Below, piece by piece: positions 1 to 9,097 of a stretch of DNA of 64,000 nucleotides; the stretch's first letter is position 1; every line of letters begins with the position of its first letter. The DNA lies in the NCBI GenBank assembly GCA_964577515.1, contig CAZNZN010000001.1, forward strand, positions 876-64,875, given 5' to 3'. The DNA is from an uncultured Candidatus Saccharibacteria bacterium (lineage in GTDB: Bacteria > Patescibacteriota > Minisyncoccia > Phycocordibacterales > UBA9973). The notes under the pieces are model-generated. The model made no database searches and was not told where the DNA came from. It saw nothing but the letters and a program-made list of their open reading frames with translations. Made by a program: the position numbers and the translations under genes.

Positions 1-47
1 AAAAATGAGATAATGATAAAAATTTCATTTTCACACTTTTAAACCCA

Positions 48-395
48 TTGTTTATGTCGAAAACGACAAAAGACCTGGCACATGATTTCATAAAAAACCA
101 GGCAATAGATTGTGGAACGGTTAATAGCTACAGGCTCGCGACTGGAATCAGAGAAGCGGCTGAAGACTTCAGTCGGATCTCTGGGCACTTTGCTCGTTAC
201 ACCATCAACGAACAACCTGTATTTCTCGTCGATGAAGACAAGATGCCAAAGCAAACCGCAGACATCATCAAACCTGCAGCATTGCAACCAACCGGTTTCC
301 CGGGCATCAAATTTCTAAAGGAGTGTGCATGCGCACACATCCCCACAGATCCCGTCGTTGCCACTATCACCCCTGCGGGGTACGTGGCTGATTAA
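48..395 (+). CDS. hypothetical protein
   Basis: 115-aa ORF with no recognisable motif. A hairpin terminator follows it. Confidence 0.35.
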   Translation: MFMSKTTKDLAHDFIKNQAIDCGTVNSYRLATGIREAAEDFSRISGHFARYTINEQPVFLVDEDKMPKQTADIIKPAALQPTGFPGIKFLKECACAHIPTDPVVATITPAGYVAD

Positions 396-411
396 AAATT
401 TTTAACCAAAC

Positions 412-447
412 AAAAGACCCCGATTTTTTAATCGGGGTTCACTTTTT
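412..447. terminator. bidirectional intrinsic terminator
   Basis: Hairpin GACCCCGAT-TTTTTA-ATCGGGGTT flanked by A/T runs. It sits between the convergent ORF 48..395 and truB. Confidence 0.5.
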
Positions 448-1210
448 ATAGTATCTTTGTTCTGTTTATGTTTGTTACTACCGCAGGAATACCAAGGGCT
501 TCTCCTAAAAGAACACCGAGACTACGAATATACACCCCACTAGAAACAGTGAACCGTACACTTGCTACAGTGACGAAGTCCTCACTGTTTTGATACGAGG
601 CCCACTGCGTCAAAATAGCTTCTTGTCGAAAATCTCCTACCACCTTTTCAATAGTAGCAACTGCTTCATCTATAACACTTTCAACCTTTTTATCTTCTAA
701 TGAGAGCAATATGGCTTCATACACTTCTCCTTCTTTTACCGGAAGATCCGAAGGAAGTGTCCCAGCTCGCGCATGATGAAACAGTGGCACTCCATCAACA
801 GGTTTTGATGAGTATGGAGGATACCGAAGCGACTGCGTTCCAATAATGGCTTGCAGTACACTGATAAGTGCTTCCTTTGATATTTTTCTGGGCGCATACT
901 GCGTGAGTATACCCAACATATCATAAGTATCCGTGGCAATGCCAAACACGATAGTACACTCATATACCTTATCGTGAAGCAACCACTGATCTTTCTTTTT
1001 GCACGCTTCACCAAGAAGAAGAATCATCTCTCCTTGAGCCATAGGATCGAGACGCCCTGCATAAGTGACAGGAACGGATTCAGACAAAGAAAGCGTTCGA
1101 CGAAACCGCGTCACAAGCATTGCAAGTGTTTCTCCGGCGAACTTCTTTCCCAAAAAGACCCCTGGTGCGATTTGACTAAAGTCATCTTTTTCTGTATGAT
1201 TGTCTGACAT
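446..1210 (-). CDS. truB: tRNA pseudouridine(55) synthase TruB-like
   Basis: AGRLDPMAQGEMILLLGEACK matches the TruB catalytic motif (G-x-LDP-x-A-x-G...LGEATK). Confidence 0.7.
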   Translation of the reverse strand: MSDNHTEKDDFSQIAPGVFLGKKFAGETLAMLVTRFRRTLSLSESVPVTYAGRLDPMAQGEMILLLGEACKKKDQWLLHDKVYECTIVFGIATDTYDMLGILTQYAPRKISKEALISVLQAIIGTQSLRYPPYSSKPVDGVPLFHHARAGTLPSDLPVKEGEVYEAILLSLEDKKVESVIDEAVATIEKVVGDFRQEAILTQWASYQNSEDFVTVASVRFTVSSGVYIRSLGVLLGEALGIPAVVTNINRTKIL

Positions 1211-1234
1211 AAACGATACTCATACTATACAGCC

Positions 1235-1750
1235 TTGAAGGAACGAATCAACAATCAAATACGAGCAACTGAATTACGCGTTCTTGACGCAGAAGGAACA
1301 AATCTCGGTGTACTTCCTTTTACAGAAGCATTGCAAATGGCGCGCGACCAGGGAGTAGATCTGATTGAAATCAACGCTGATGCAAAACCCCCTATCGCAA
1401 AAATAATGGAGTTTGGGAAATACCAATACGAACTCAAAAAGAAAGCGCAGAAGGCAAAAGCTGGAGCAAAAACTACAGAAACAAAATCTATCCAAATCAA
1501 AGTTGGCACCGGGGATCACGATCTTGAACTTAAGGCGAAAACAGCATCAAAATGGCTCAAAGAAGGTCACCGTATCAAAGTAGAGCTCTTCCTTCGCGGG
1601 CGCATGAAAGGGATGAACCAAGAGTTCCTTAGAGAACGCCTTGATCGAGTGCTCCATTTTATCACTGAACACTACAAAATCGCTGAGCCTCACAAGCAAT
1701 CCCCTAAAGGTATCGCCATTGTGATAGAAAAAGACAAAGCAGCAAAATAA
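1235..1750 (+). CDS. infC: translation initiation factor IF-3
   Basis: Conserved infC-rpmI-rplT order. The start is TTG (IF-3 genes typically use non-ATG starts). Full-length IF-3 N and C domains are present (IRATELRVLDAEG...KVELFLRGRMKG). Confidence 0.9.
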   Translation: MKERINNQIRATELRVLDAEGTNLGVLPFTEALQMARDQGVDLIEINADAKPPIAKIMEFGKYQYELKKKAQKAKAGAKTTETKSIQIKVGTGDHDLELKAKTASKWLKEGHRIKVELFLRGRMKGMNQEFLRERLDRVLHFITEHYKIAEPHKQSPKGIAIVIEKDKAAK

Positions 1751-1824
1751 GGTTGACGGAACGCTATTTTTTAGTATTATAGAGGGACTTATTCTCGCAA
1801 ATCTGAGAGAAACGGTAGATATAT

Positions 1825-2010
1825 ATGAAAACCAACAAATCATACACAAAACGCCTAAAAGTGACCAAAACTGGCAAAATCCTTGGACGGAAGCCTGGTT
1901 TCAACCACTTCAACGCGAAGCAGTCACGAACCAGCCAGCTTGAGGGACGAAAGATGGTGGCGTTCCCTATGACAAACAAGGAAAAAGCGCAGTTTATCCC
2001 CCACAATTAA
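1825..2010 (+). CDS. rpmI: 50S ribosomal protein L35
   Basis: 61-aa basic protein (KRLKVTKTGKILGRKPGFNHF). It lies between infC and rplT. Confidence 0.85.
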   Translation: MKTNKSYTKRLKVTKTGKILGRKPGFNHFNAKQSRTSQLEGRKMVAFPMTNKEKAQFIPHN

Positions 2011-2029
2011 CACCATTTAGAGTTACCAT

Positions 2030-2374
2030 ATGACACGAGTAAAAGGAGGCGTCGTAGCCCTAAAAAAACGAAAAAATGTGCTTGCGATGACCAAAGGATA
2101 CCGCTTTGGACGATCAACAAAGACAGCACAAGCAACAGAAGCGATTGCACACGCAGGAACATACGCATTTGCACACCGACGTGACAAAAAAAGCGATAAG
2201 CGCCAACTCTGGCAAGTACGTATCAATGCTGCAGTTCGAGAACTTGGCATGAGCTACTCAAAGTTCATCGGTGCACTCAAAAAGACAAACATCGAACTCG
2301 ACCGAAAGATTCTCTCAGATATTGCGCACACAAACCCTGAAACATTCAAAAAAATCGTTTCAAAAATACAATAA
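2030..2374 (+). CDS. rplT: 50S ribosomal protein L20
   Basis: L20-like sequence (MTRVKGGVVALKKRKNVL...RRDKKSDKRQLWQVRINAA). Confidence 0.9.
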   Translation: MTRVKGGVVALKKRKNVLAMTKGYRFGRSTKTAQATEAIAHAGTYAFAHRRDKKSDKRQLWQVRINAAVRELGMSYSKFIGALKKTNIELDRKILSDIAHTNPETFKKIVSKIQ

Positions 2375-2376
2375 AT

Positions 2377-2405
2377 AAAAAACCTCTCATATGAGAGGTT
2401 TTTTA
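2377..2405. terminator. bidirectional intrinsic terminator shared by rplT and map
   Basis: Perfect palindrome AACCTCTCATATGAGAGGTT flanked by an A6 run and T-run. The map stop codon overlaps the T-run. Confidence 0.6.
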
Positions 2406-3164
2406 TTTCGTCAAAATTTCTGCTCCTGTTTCAGTGATGAGTACCGTATGTTCAAAATGTGCAGCTCGAGTCCCGTCTGCAGTCTTGTAAGTATACCCGT
2501 CTGCGGCAAGCACTACATCCTCCCCTCCAAGAGTAAACATGGGTTCTATCGCGATTACCATTCCAGGAACAAGCGCTTCCCCTTTTCCTGGCTTGCCAGT
2601 ATTTTGAACATAAGGGTCTTCATGAATATACCGTCCAACACCATGCCCTGAAAAACCATAGACAATACCTAGCCCCGCTTCTTCAGCAACTGATTGTATG
2701 GCGTATCCAATATCTCCGAGTCGTGCACCAGGAACGATAGCTTCTATACCTGCCTCAAGCGCTGTCTTTGTTGCGCTAAGAAGTTTTTTGTTTTTTGCAG
2801 AAATCTCTCCAACAGGAACAGTTACTGCGTGGTCGAGAAATACTCCTTCGTAGTTGAGCCCTAAATCAAGAGAGACAATATCTCCTTCTTTAAGGATTTT
2901 TTTTCCAGGGATACCGTGCACTACCTCACTATTCACTGACACACAAAGCGTTGAAGGATATGGAAATGTCGCCCCTTCCGGCTGGTAATCTAAAAACGCA
3001 GGAGTGTGCCCAGCTTTTTTGATACACTCGTATGCATATGCATCGAGCTCTGCTGTGCTTATCCCGGGTGCAACACGCTTTGCAACATCGCGCAAAATAG
3101 CAGCGAGGATAGGACCCCCTTTTTTCAATCGTGCTATTTCACTATCGGTTTTGATAATAATCAT
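2403..3164 (-). CDS. map: methionine aminopeptidase type I
   Basis: Type-I methionine aminopeptidase (MetAP) metal-ligand motifs: VVHGIP, DIVSLD, GHGVGRYIHE, IAIEPM. Confidence 0.9.
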   Translation of the reverse strand: MIIIKTDSEIARLKKGGPILAAILRDVAKRVAPGISTAELDAYAYECIKKAGHTPAFLDYQPEGATFPYPSTLCVSVNSEVVHGIPGKKILKEGDIVSLDLGLNYEGVFLDHAVTVPVGEISAKNKKLLSATKTALEAGIEAIVPGARLGDIGYAIQSVAEEAGLGIVYGFSGHGVGRYIHEDPYVQNTGKPGKGEALVPGMVIAIEPMFTLGGEDVVLAADGYTYKTADGTRAAHFEHTVLITETGAEILTK

Positions 3165-3167
3165 ATT

Positions 3168-3761
3168 TTATACAAGCCCCAATTCTTCACAGATGTCTCT
3201 GTGTACTGCCTCAATACTTTGTTCACCATGAATCGTATGAAAAATAACTTTCCCCGAATCTCTAAGTGATTCTATTGCAGGTACTACATTTTCATGGAAC
3301 CATTGTATCCTGTTCCACACTCGATGCTGATCTGTATCGTCTGGGCGCCCTCTTCCGAGTAAATGTTCATATGCCCATTCATCACTTACCTGCAGAAAAA
3401 ATATGTGTGGCTCCCACTCATAAAAATCAAAAGCAGATAATAATGCCGGGATCTCAATAGCAATACGAGGAGTGCCGTCAATAAAAACATACTGTTCTCC
3501 ATCATAGTCTTCTATCAGGCGATGCGACCATGCATGTACACCTAGGAATGCCGGCGGTAGTCCACCTTGCTCCATAAGTGCTTTGGTTTTTTGCGCAGTA
3601 AAAGATTTTTTTTGGACAAGTTCTCGAAACATGGAACCTGTTTCAAGATGGTACGTCCTAATAGAAGGATCTATTGATTGAAGCTTCTTTTGAAGCAATG
3701 CAACTTGCGTGCCCTTACCAGCACCAGAGTGACCGATAAAGATATACACGTTATGTTTCAT
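3168..3761 (-). CDS. adk: adenylate kinase
   Basis: P-loop GHSGAGKGTQ and DGTPR (DGFPR-like). Canonical secY-adk-map position. Confidence 0.8.
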   Translation of the reverse strand: MKHNVYIFIGHSGAGKGTQVALLQKKLQSIDPSIRTYHLETGSMFRELVQKKSFTAQKTKALMEQGGLPPAFLGVHAWSHRLIEDYDGEQYVFIDGTPRIAIEIPALLSAFDFYEWEPHIFFLQVSDEWAYEHLLGRGRPDDTDQHRVWNRIQWFHENVVPAIESLRDSGKVIFHTIHGEQSIEAVHRDICEELGLV

Positions 3762-3802
3762 AGGTACTAGCAGTATAGCACTACTCCCCTTTCATCAAGA
3801 GT

Positions 3803-5077
3803 TTAGTATTCGTGAAGAGCAACCTGAGCATCCACTTTTCGAATAAGGTCAATAACCACAGAAACAACAATAAGTAGTGATGTGCCCCCTACAGCAAAAG
3901 CAGTGATACCTGTTGTTGTTTGGACAACAATAGGAAGGACAGCGACGATACCAAGGAACAATGATCCCACAAGGGTGATACGAGTCACAATAGTTGCAAG
4001 ATGGCGCATCGTCGCTTCTCCTGGACGAATCCCAGGGATAAACGCACCGTTTTTTTGAAGATTTTCAGCTATTTGCTTTGGATCAAAAGTGACTGCAGTA
4101 TAAAAATAGGTAAAGAATACTACAAGCACAAAATATACTAGTGCATATAGCCATGTTGTCTGAAGGAACCATGTGAGTCCGTGTCCTATTGATTGGAGAG
4201 CAGTAGAAGATGCATTAATAAATACACCTGAAAGAAAACGAGGGAAGAGGAGCAGTGATGATGCAAAAATAATTGGCATCACACCAGCTTGTGCAAGACG
4301 AAGCGGAAGGTATGTTTCACCTCCCCCAGTTGAACGAATTCCGCGCACTGCTCGAGCATAAGTTACCTGCACGGGACGCTCTGCTTCATAGATATACACC
4401 ACTCCAGCAATCACAAGGATACCAATAACTATATAGGCGAGAAGCATTGGAAGTTGATCAATGGTGAAAGTAAAGAAGAACTGTGCCACTTTTGCCGGGA
4501 TAACAGAAAGAATCCCCGACATAATGATAAGTGAAGTCCCATTTCCAATACCAAATTCATTGATGAGTTCCCCAATCCAAAGAAGGAGAACAGAACCAGC
4601 GGTGATGATCACAATGTTGAAGATAATCCCTTGCAATGAGAGTGCATCGATAGCTCCTTGAGATTGGAAAAGCTTTATAAAACTAAACGCTTGCAACACA
4701 GCCAACGGCACCGAGAGTAACCGTGTGTATTGGTTGAAGCGCTTACGTCCTGCCTCACCGTTTTCCTGCATCATCTCCTTGATACTAGGTACCATCATAG
4801 AGAGAAGTTGCATAATAATAGAAGCAGTAATATATGGACCAACACCGAGCATCACAATAGAAAAGTTTGAAAGTCCCCCACCTGAGAGAGCATTAAAGAT
4901 ACCAAGAAGCTGGTTTCCTTGAAGAAACTGATTGAGCTTCAACGTATCAACTCCTGGAACTGGGATAGTCGCAAGAAGACGAAATACGAAAAGCGCTCCA
5001 ACAACAAAGAGTACTCTATTGCGAAGCGTTCTGTCAGTAACGATGGTCTTGAGTTTTGAGAAAAATGAATTCATCAC
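3803..5077 (-). CDS. secY: preprotein translocase subunit SecY
   Basis: 424 aa and polytopic. SecY signature regions are present. Located after rplO. Confidence 0.95.
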   Translation of the reverse strand: MMNSFFSKLKTIVTDRTLRNRVLFVVGALFVFRLLATIPVPGVDTLKLNQFLQGNQLLGIFNALSGGGLSNFSIVMLGVGPYITASIIMQLLSMMVPSIKEMMQENGEAGRKRFNQYTRLLSVPLAVLQAFSFIKLFQSQGAIDALSLQGIIFNIVIITAGSVLLLWIGELINEFGIGNGTSLIIMSGILSVIPAKVAQFFFTFTIDQLPMLLAYIVIGILVIAGVVYIYEAERPVQVTYARAVRGIRSTGGGETYLPLRLAQAGVMPIIFASSLLLFPRFLSGVFINASSTALQSIGHGLTWFLQTTWLYALVYFVLVVFFTYFYTAVTFDPKQIAENLQKNGAFIPGIRPGEATMRHLATIVTRITLVGSLFLGIVAVLPIVVQTTTGITAFAVGGTSLLIVVSVVIDLIRKVDAQVALHEY

Positions 5078-5156
5078 GTACGAGATTAATTTTTGTAATG
5101 ACTACTATATGATACAGACGAGTAATTTTTCATGTTATTTCGTCCGTGATTCATGA

Positions 5157-5597
5157 CTAGCCGTGTACGACACCACCTACTTTTTCTATCTTTGTCTTTG
5201 CGGTAGTTGAAACAGCGCAGTCATAAAACGCAACTGCCTTAGTAAGATCTCCTGTTGAAAGGATCTTTACAGCAGGAAGCTTTCCTCCCGTGCGAGTAAT
5301 AAGCCCCTTTGCGAAAAGCGCTGAAGGAGTCACCGCTTCATTTACCTCAAAAGCAGCATTGATAGCAGCAAGGTTTACTACTTGTGGTTTTATCTGGAAA
5401 GCCTTGTTTATGTTCTTTCCGCGACCTCGAAGTTTTGGAAGTTTTTTAATAGCATCTCGGAGTGCTGGTCGGATTTTATGTCCAGCACGTGCTTTTTGCC
5501 CTTTAGTACCACGACCAGCAGTTTTCCCTCGTTTACTTCCTCTTCCAACAAGTTTTTCTTTTTTATTTTTTGTTTTTCGTTTTAGTGTGTGCAACAT
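5157..5597 (-). CDS. rplO: 50S ribosomal protein L15
   Basis: Gly/Arg/Lys-rich N-terminus (RGSKRGKTAGRGTKGQK), typical of L15. Confidence 0.9.
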   Translation of the reverse strand: MLHTLKRKTKNKKEKLVGRGSKRGKTAGRGTKGQKARAGHKIRPALRDAIKKLPKLRGRGKNINKAFQIKPQVVNLAAINAAFEVNEAVTPSALFAKGLITRTGGKLPAVKILSTGDLTKAVAFYDCAVSTTAKTKIEKVGGVVHG

Positions 5598-5611
5598 ACC
5601 ATAACTCTTGA

Positions 5612-6208
5612 TTACTTCTTTTCTCCAGAAGTAGCAGTCTCTGTTGAAAGAGCTTCTGGCTTAGGTGTAGTAAATGTGTGTGGAACACCAACACGAGCAA
5701 GGGCCTTCATGGTAGCTCGTGCTGTATTGAGCTTGTTCTTGCTTCCTGAAAGAATCTTTGTAGTGACATCACGAACACCTGCAATATTCAAAATATCGCG
5801 AGCCGCTGCTCCAGATACAAGTCCTTTTCCACGATTTGGGAAGATGGTGATAGAAGAAGAACAATACTTAGCATCAACACCAAAAGGAATAGACTGTGTC
5901 TTTGTACGCTTGATCTTGATAGCATGCTTTTTTGCGTCTTTTAGTGCTTTTGCAATAGCAAGTGCTGTATCGTTCCCTTTTCCAGTACCAAGGCCAACGA
6001 CACCGTTTTTGTCCCCGATAATCATTGAAACTGCAAAACTCATGCGGCGCCCTCCAGCAACAACACGAGTAACGCGTCGAATATCAATAATCTTCTGATC
6101 GACATCTTTTACTCGATCCGCAAATGACTTAGCACCGTCTGGACGAGGACGTCGTGGTGCCCCAGAACGAGGTGATGATGGTCTAGTTGTAGTTGTTTTT
6201 TCTGTCAT
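5612..6208 (-). CDS. rpsE: 30S ribosomal protein S5
   Basis: S5 dsRBD/C-terminal motifs (VTRVVAGGRRMSFAVSMIIGDKNGVVGLGTGKG). Carries a Pro/Arg-rich N-terminal extension. Confidence 0.9.
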   Translation of the reverse strand: MTEKTTTTRPSSPRSGAPRRPRPDGAKSFADRVKDVDQKIIDIRRVTRVVAGGRRMSFAVSMIIGDKNGVVGLGTGKGNDTALAIAKALKDAKKHAIKIKRTKTQSIPFGVDAKYCSSSITIFPNRGKGLVSGAAARDILNIAGVRDVTTKILSGSKNKLNTARATMKALARVGVPHTFTTPKPEALSTETATSGEKK

Positions 6209-6217
6209 AAATTTTTA

Positions 6218-6565
6218 TTAAAACTGAAGTCCTGCCTCACGTGCAGCATCAGCAAGTGCTTTTATTCGACCTGCGTACTTGAACCCGTTTCGGTCAAACA
6301 CTACAGTGGTAATACCCTTTGCAAGTGCAGCTTTTGCAATATCTTTTCCAACCTGGATCGCTCCTTGCATTTTGGTAGCGTTTTTTCGTCCCATATCATT
6401 TGCTGCAACAACCGTTCGTGCGCTGACATCATCAATAAGTTGCGCATACATGAAGTTATTTGAGCGAAAAACACTCATACGAGGGCGAGTCTCGGTACCT
6501 GAAACAAGCGCGCGAACTTTTCGCTTGATTCTCATTTTTTTCTCTTGTGTACTTTGTCGTGACAT
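6218..6565 (-). CDS. rplR: 50S ribosomal protein L18
   Basis: L18 family (RPRMSVFRSNNFMYAQLIDD). Confidence 0.9.
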   Translation of the reverse strand: MSRQSTQEKKMRIKRKVRALVSGTETRPRMSVFRSNNFMYAQLIDDVSARTVVAANDMGRKNATKMQGAIQVGKDIAKAALAKGITTVVFDRNGFKYAGRIKALADAAREAGLQF

Positions 6566-6584
6566 ATATTTCTCGTTAACTTAA

Positions 6585-7118
6585 CTATGCTGTTTTCTTT
6601 CCAGCTTTTCGACGAATAACCTCATCATCGTAGTGAAATCCTTTCCCTTTATATGGTTCTGGTTTCTTCATTGCACGAATCTTTGCAGAGAACTGACCAA
6701 CGAGTTCCTTATCAATACCAGAAAAAGTGATATTGTTCTTTTCTGCTGTTACAGTAAGTCCTTCTGGGATAGCGACAACAACAGGGTGAGAGAACCCGAG
6801 GGCGAGATGGAGCTCTTTCCCTTTTACCTCACTCTTATATCCAACCCCTTCAAGAATAAGCTTCTTTGTATACGGAGTATTTACTCCTTGCAGCATATTC
6901 TTTACATGTGATGCATATGTTCCCCAAAGAGCGCGTGAAAATGGATCTTCTGCTTTAGGCGAAAAAGAAACAATATTATCTGCAATAGTGATAGTAATAC
7001 TATCTTTGAACTCTTTTGAGAGCATTCCTAGTGGTCCCTTTACGGTAAAAATACCGTTAACAAAAGAAACTTCTGTTTTTGCTGGAATCGTTAGTTGTTG
7101 TTTTCCTACTCGGCTCAT
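6585..7118 (-). CDS. rplF: 50S ribosomal protein L6
   Basis: L6 family (MSRVGKQQLTIPAKTEV...). Confidence 0.9.
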   Translation of the reverse strand: MSRVGKQQLTIPAKTEVSFVNGIFTVKGPLGMLSKEFKDSITITIADNIVSFSPKAEDPFSRALWGTYASHVKNMLQGVNTPYTKKLILEGVGYKSEVKGKELHLALGFSHPVVVAIPEGLTVTAEKNNITFSGIDKELVGQFSAKIRAMKKPEPYKGKGFHYDDEVIRRKAGKKTA

Positions 7119-7128
7119 AGTAATAACT

Positions 7129-7533
7129 CTACCAGATCATAAATAATACTTCTCCACCGACCTGCTCCTTTCGAGCTTGTTTATCTGAAAGTATCCCCTT
7201 TGGAGTTGAAAATACTGTCATACCGTATCCACTTTTGATTGAGTGGATTTCTCGAACTCCCATGTATACTCGTCGAGATGGCTTTGAGACACGCTTCACA
7301 TCAGTGATTCGTGACTTCCCCATTGGGTATGCAAGTTCGATTTCGATAACGGGAACATTGTTCTTTTCTGTTTTCTTTGAGATATTTGCTACGAAACCGC
7401 TGTCTTTGAGACATTCAGCGATAGCAAATTTGATTTTTGAAAACGGAACAACCACTGATTTCTTAGAAACCATTGCTCCGTTTTTTATTGCAATAAGCAT
7501 GTTTGAAATAGGATCCATATGTGTTTTTACCAA
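7129..7533 (-). CDS. rpsH: 30S ribosomal protein S8
   Basis: S8 family ([25 protein letters not shown]). Confidence 0.9.
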   Translation of the reverse strand: MVKTHMDPISNMLIAIKNGAMVSKKSVVVPFSKIKFAIAECLKDSGFVANISKKTEKNNVPVIEIELAYPMGKSRITDVKRVSKPSRRVYMGVREIHSIKSGYGMTVFSTPKGILSDKQARKEQVGGEVLFMIW

Positions 7534-7712
7534 GATGACTTACGAATGCCTGGAATCATTCCTTCGTTTGCGAGTTCGCGGAAACAGATACGACAAAGAC
7601 CGAAGTCTCTCATGTAGCCATGACGACGTCCGCAGCGAAAACAGCGGTTTACCGCTCGTGTACTATATTTGGGCGTCTTTTGAGAACGCGCAATAACTGA
7701 TGTTTTTGCCAT
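7527..7712 (-). CDS. rpsN: 30S ribosomal protein S14 type Z (zinc-binding)
   Basis: 61 aa with CxxC...CxxC ([20 protein letters not shown]). Confidence 0.9.
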   Translation of the reverse strand: MAKTSVIARSQKTPKYSTRAVNRCFRCGRRHGYMRDFGLCRICFRELANEGMIPGIRKSSW

Positions 7713-7834
7713 AATTTGTTATATATCCTCTAAAATATCACCTCTTCCTTTCTAGGACATCGTTTTTCTCGATATACCAGAGAGATAGAAGGATTTCAAA
7801 GGAACTCAGGTATCCTACCAGAGAAGCCTTCCAA

Positions 7835-7870
7835 AGTCAAACAAAATCCCCCTACTCTGCAGGAGGGGGA
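7835..7870 (-). terminator. intrinsic terminator overlapping the stop of the inserted gene
   Basis: Hairpin TCCCCCT-(10 nt loop)-AGGGGGA. On the minus strand it is followed by TTTTGTTTG. Confidence 0.45.
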
Positions 7871-8478
7871 GCTGTTTTCTTCTTTTGTTTTCCTAACTGC
7901 AAGGAAATGCGCTCGCCCTGCATGACACTTTCATATGTCAATGAGGAGTTTGTATGTGCTGTCACAAACCCCATATCATTTTTAAACCTGTCCAGAAGCG
8001 CTCGTTTCTCTGGGTTTGAACTCTTCATAGTGAAAAGTTCGTGGGCCCTCTTCCTGCACAGATTTCCGATACGACCTTTTGCCTGTTCGACCGCAGCACT
8101 GTGAATTTTCTTCACCATCGCCACATCTTCAACAGAGTTTCGCTTATTGCCTACAAAAGCATCGTAACTCTGTAAAAAAGTAAAGAGTGCGTCAAAGGTA
8201 GCACAGGCATTGATTTGGGTAATAAAAAGACTTATTGCCCTGTCAACAAATTCGTATTGATTTGGGTTCTCTTTTTTGTACCGCAACCAAAAGTCAGCTA
8301 TTTGTTCATAACTGACTCTTCTTGGTGAAGCGTCAAAATGCAGTAACTGGCACACGTGCTCATACTTGATACGAGCGATAGTACGCTTTTGTTGCAGTAT
8401 TTTTGATATCAGAAAGAAAAACAAAAGTCCTATCGCCAAAACAATGGCGACAATGAAGATATATTCTCCGGGTTTCAT
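7852..8478 (-). CDS. hypothetical N-terminally membrane-anchored protein inserted between rpsN and rplE
   Basis: 208-aa ORF. One N-terminal TM helix (IFIVAIVLAIGLLFFFLI) and a charged cytoplasmic domain. No known motif. Confidence 0.55.
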   Translation of the reverse strand: MKPGEYIFIVAIVLAIGLLFFFLISKILQQKRTIARIKYEHVCQLLHFDASPRRVSYEQIADFWLRYKKENPNQYEFVDRAISLFITQINACATFDALFTFLQSYDAFVGNKRNSVEDVAMVKKIHSAAVEQAKGRIGNLCRKRAHELFTMKSSNPEKRALLDRFKNDMGFVTAHTNSSLTYESVMQGERISLQLGKQKKKTAPPPAE

Positions 8479-8522
8479 ATAAAGTAGTTTTGTCTGATAC
8501 TACAAGAAACCTCTAAAAAGTC

Positions 8523-8548
8523 AAAACCCTCTCATATGAGAGGGTTTT
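8523..8548. terminator. palindromic hairpin between rplE and the inserted gene
   Basis: AAAACCCTCTCATATGAGAGGGTTTT. Near-identical to the rplT/map terminator. Confidence 0.5.
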
Positions 8549-8559
8549 GTTAAAGAGTG

Positions 8560-9096
8560 TTATTTCTTGAAAGGGATACCGAGATGAGTGAAGTACGCAA
8601 GTGCTTCTTCTTTAGTTTTTGCAGAAGAGACAAGTGTCACTGCAAGACCAAACACGTCGCGGAGGTCTTCATCAGCAGTCTCTGGGAAGATAGTGTGCTC
8701 TTTGATACCGATAGTCATGTTTCCGATAGCATCAACTGATTTTGGATCAATTCCTCGGAAGTCTTTTGTTCGAGGAAGAGCGATGTTGATGAACTTATCC
8801 AAGAAGTGATACATACGTGCACCACGAAGAGTTACTGCAAGTCCGATAGGATCACCTGTTCGAGTTTTAAAACTTGCAACAGATTTCTTTGCTGTACGGA
8901 GTGAAGGTTTTTGCCCAGTGATTCGCGCAAGACGATCAGCAACAGTGTTGTTCTTCTCTCGATCTTTCTTCATTCCTGTTCCAGTCCCACTTGCTACAGT
9001 GATTTTAACAAGGTGCGGTGCTGACATCGGATTTTTGTACCCAAATTGCGCAAGCGCTTTCATTGTTTGTGATTCTTTTTCTTTAACTGTTTGCAT
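8560..9096 (-). CDS. rplE: 50S ribosomal protein L5
   Basis: L5 family (GLAVTLRGARMYHFLDKFINIALPRTKDFRG). Confidence 0.9.
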   Translation of the reverse strand: MQTVKEKESQTMKALAQFGYKNPMSAPHLVKITVASGTGTGMKKDREKNNTVADRLARITGQKPSLRTAKKSVASFKTRTGDPIGLAVTLRGARMYHFLDKFINIALPRTKDFRGIDPKSVDAIGNMTIGIKEHTIFPETADEDLRDVFGLAVTLVSSAKTKEEALAYFTHLGIPFKK

Positions 9097-9097
9097 A

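Noticed and set aside
39-287. 82-aa minus-strand ORF at the window start
   Set aside because: It overlaps the plus-strand ORF 48..395 almost completely. Neither has a motif. The plus-strand ORF was kept because it is followed by a terminator in the right orientation.
5589-6098. Long antisense ORFs inside r-protein genes (for example 5589..6098, 11381..11740, 13042..13470, 15868..16257, 16290..16835)
   Set aside because: They lie opposite strongly conserved ribosomal, EF-Tu or EF-G coding sequences and have low-complexity translations. They are typical shadow ORFs.
7713-7834. Candidate promoter (TTGAAA-N17-TATATC) for the rpsN-rpsH-rplF-rplR-rpsE-rplO-secY-adk-map unit downstream of the inserted gene
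   Set aside because: The -10 element is weak (it ends in C) and several alternative hexamers exist. It is not reported as a feature. A promoter is nevertheless expected here if the upstream terminator is efficient.
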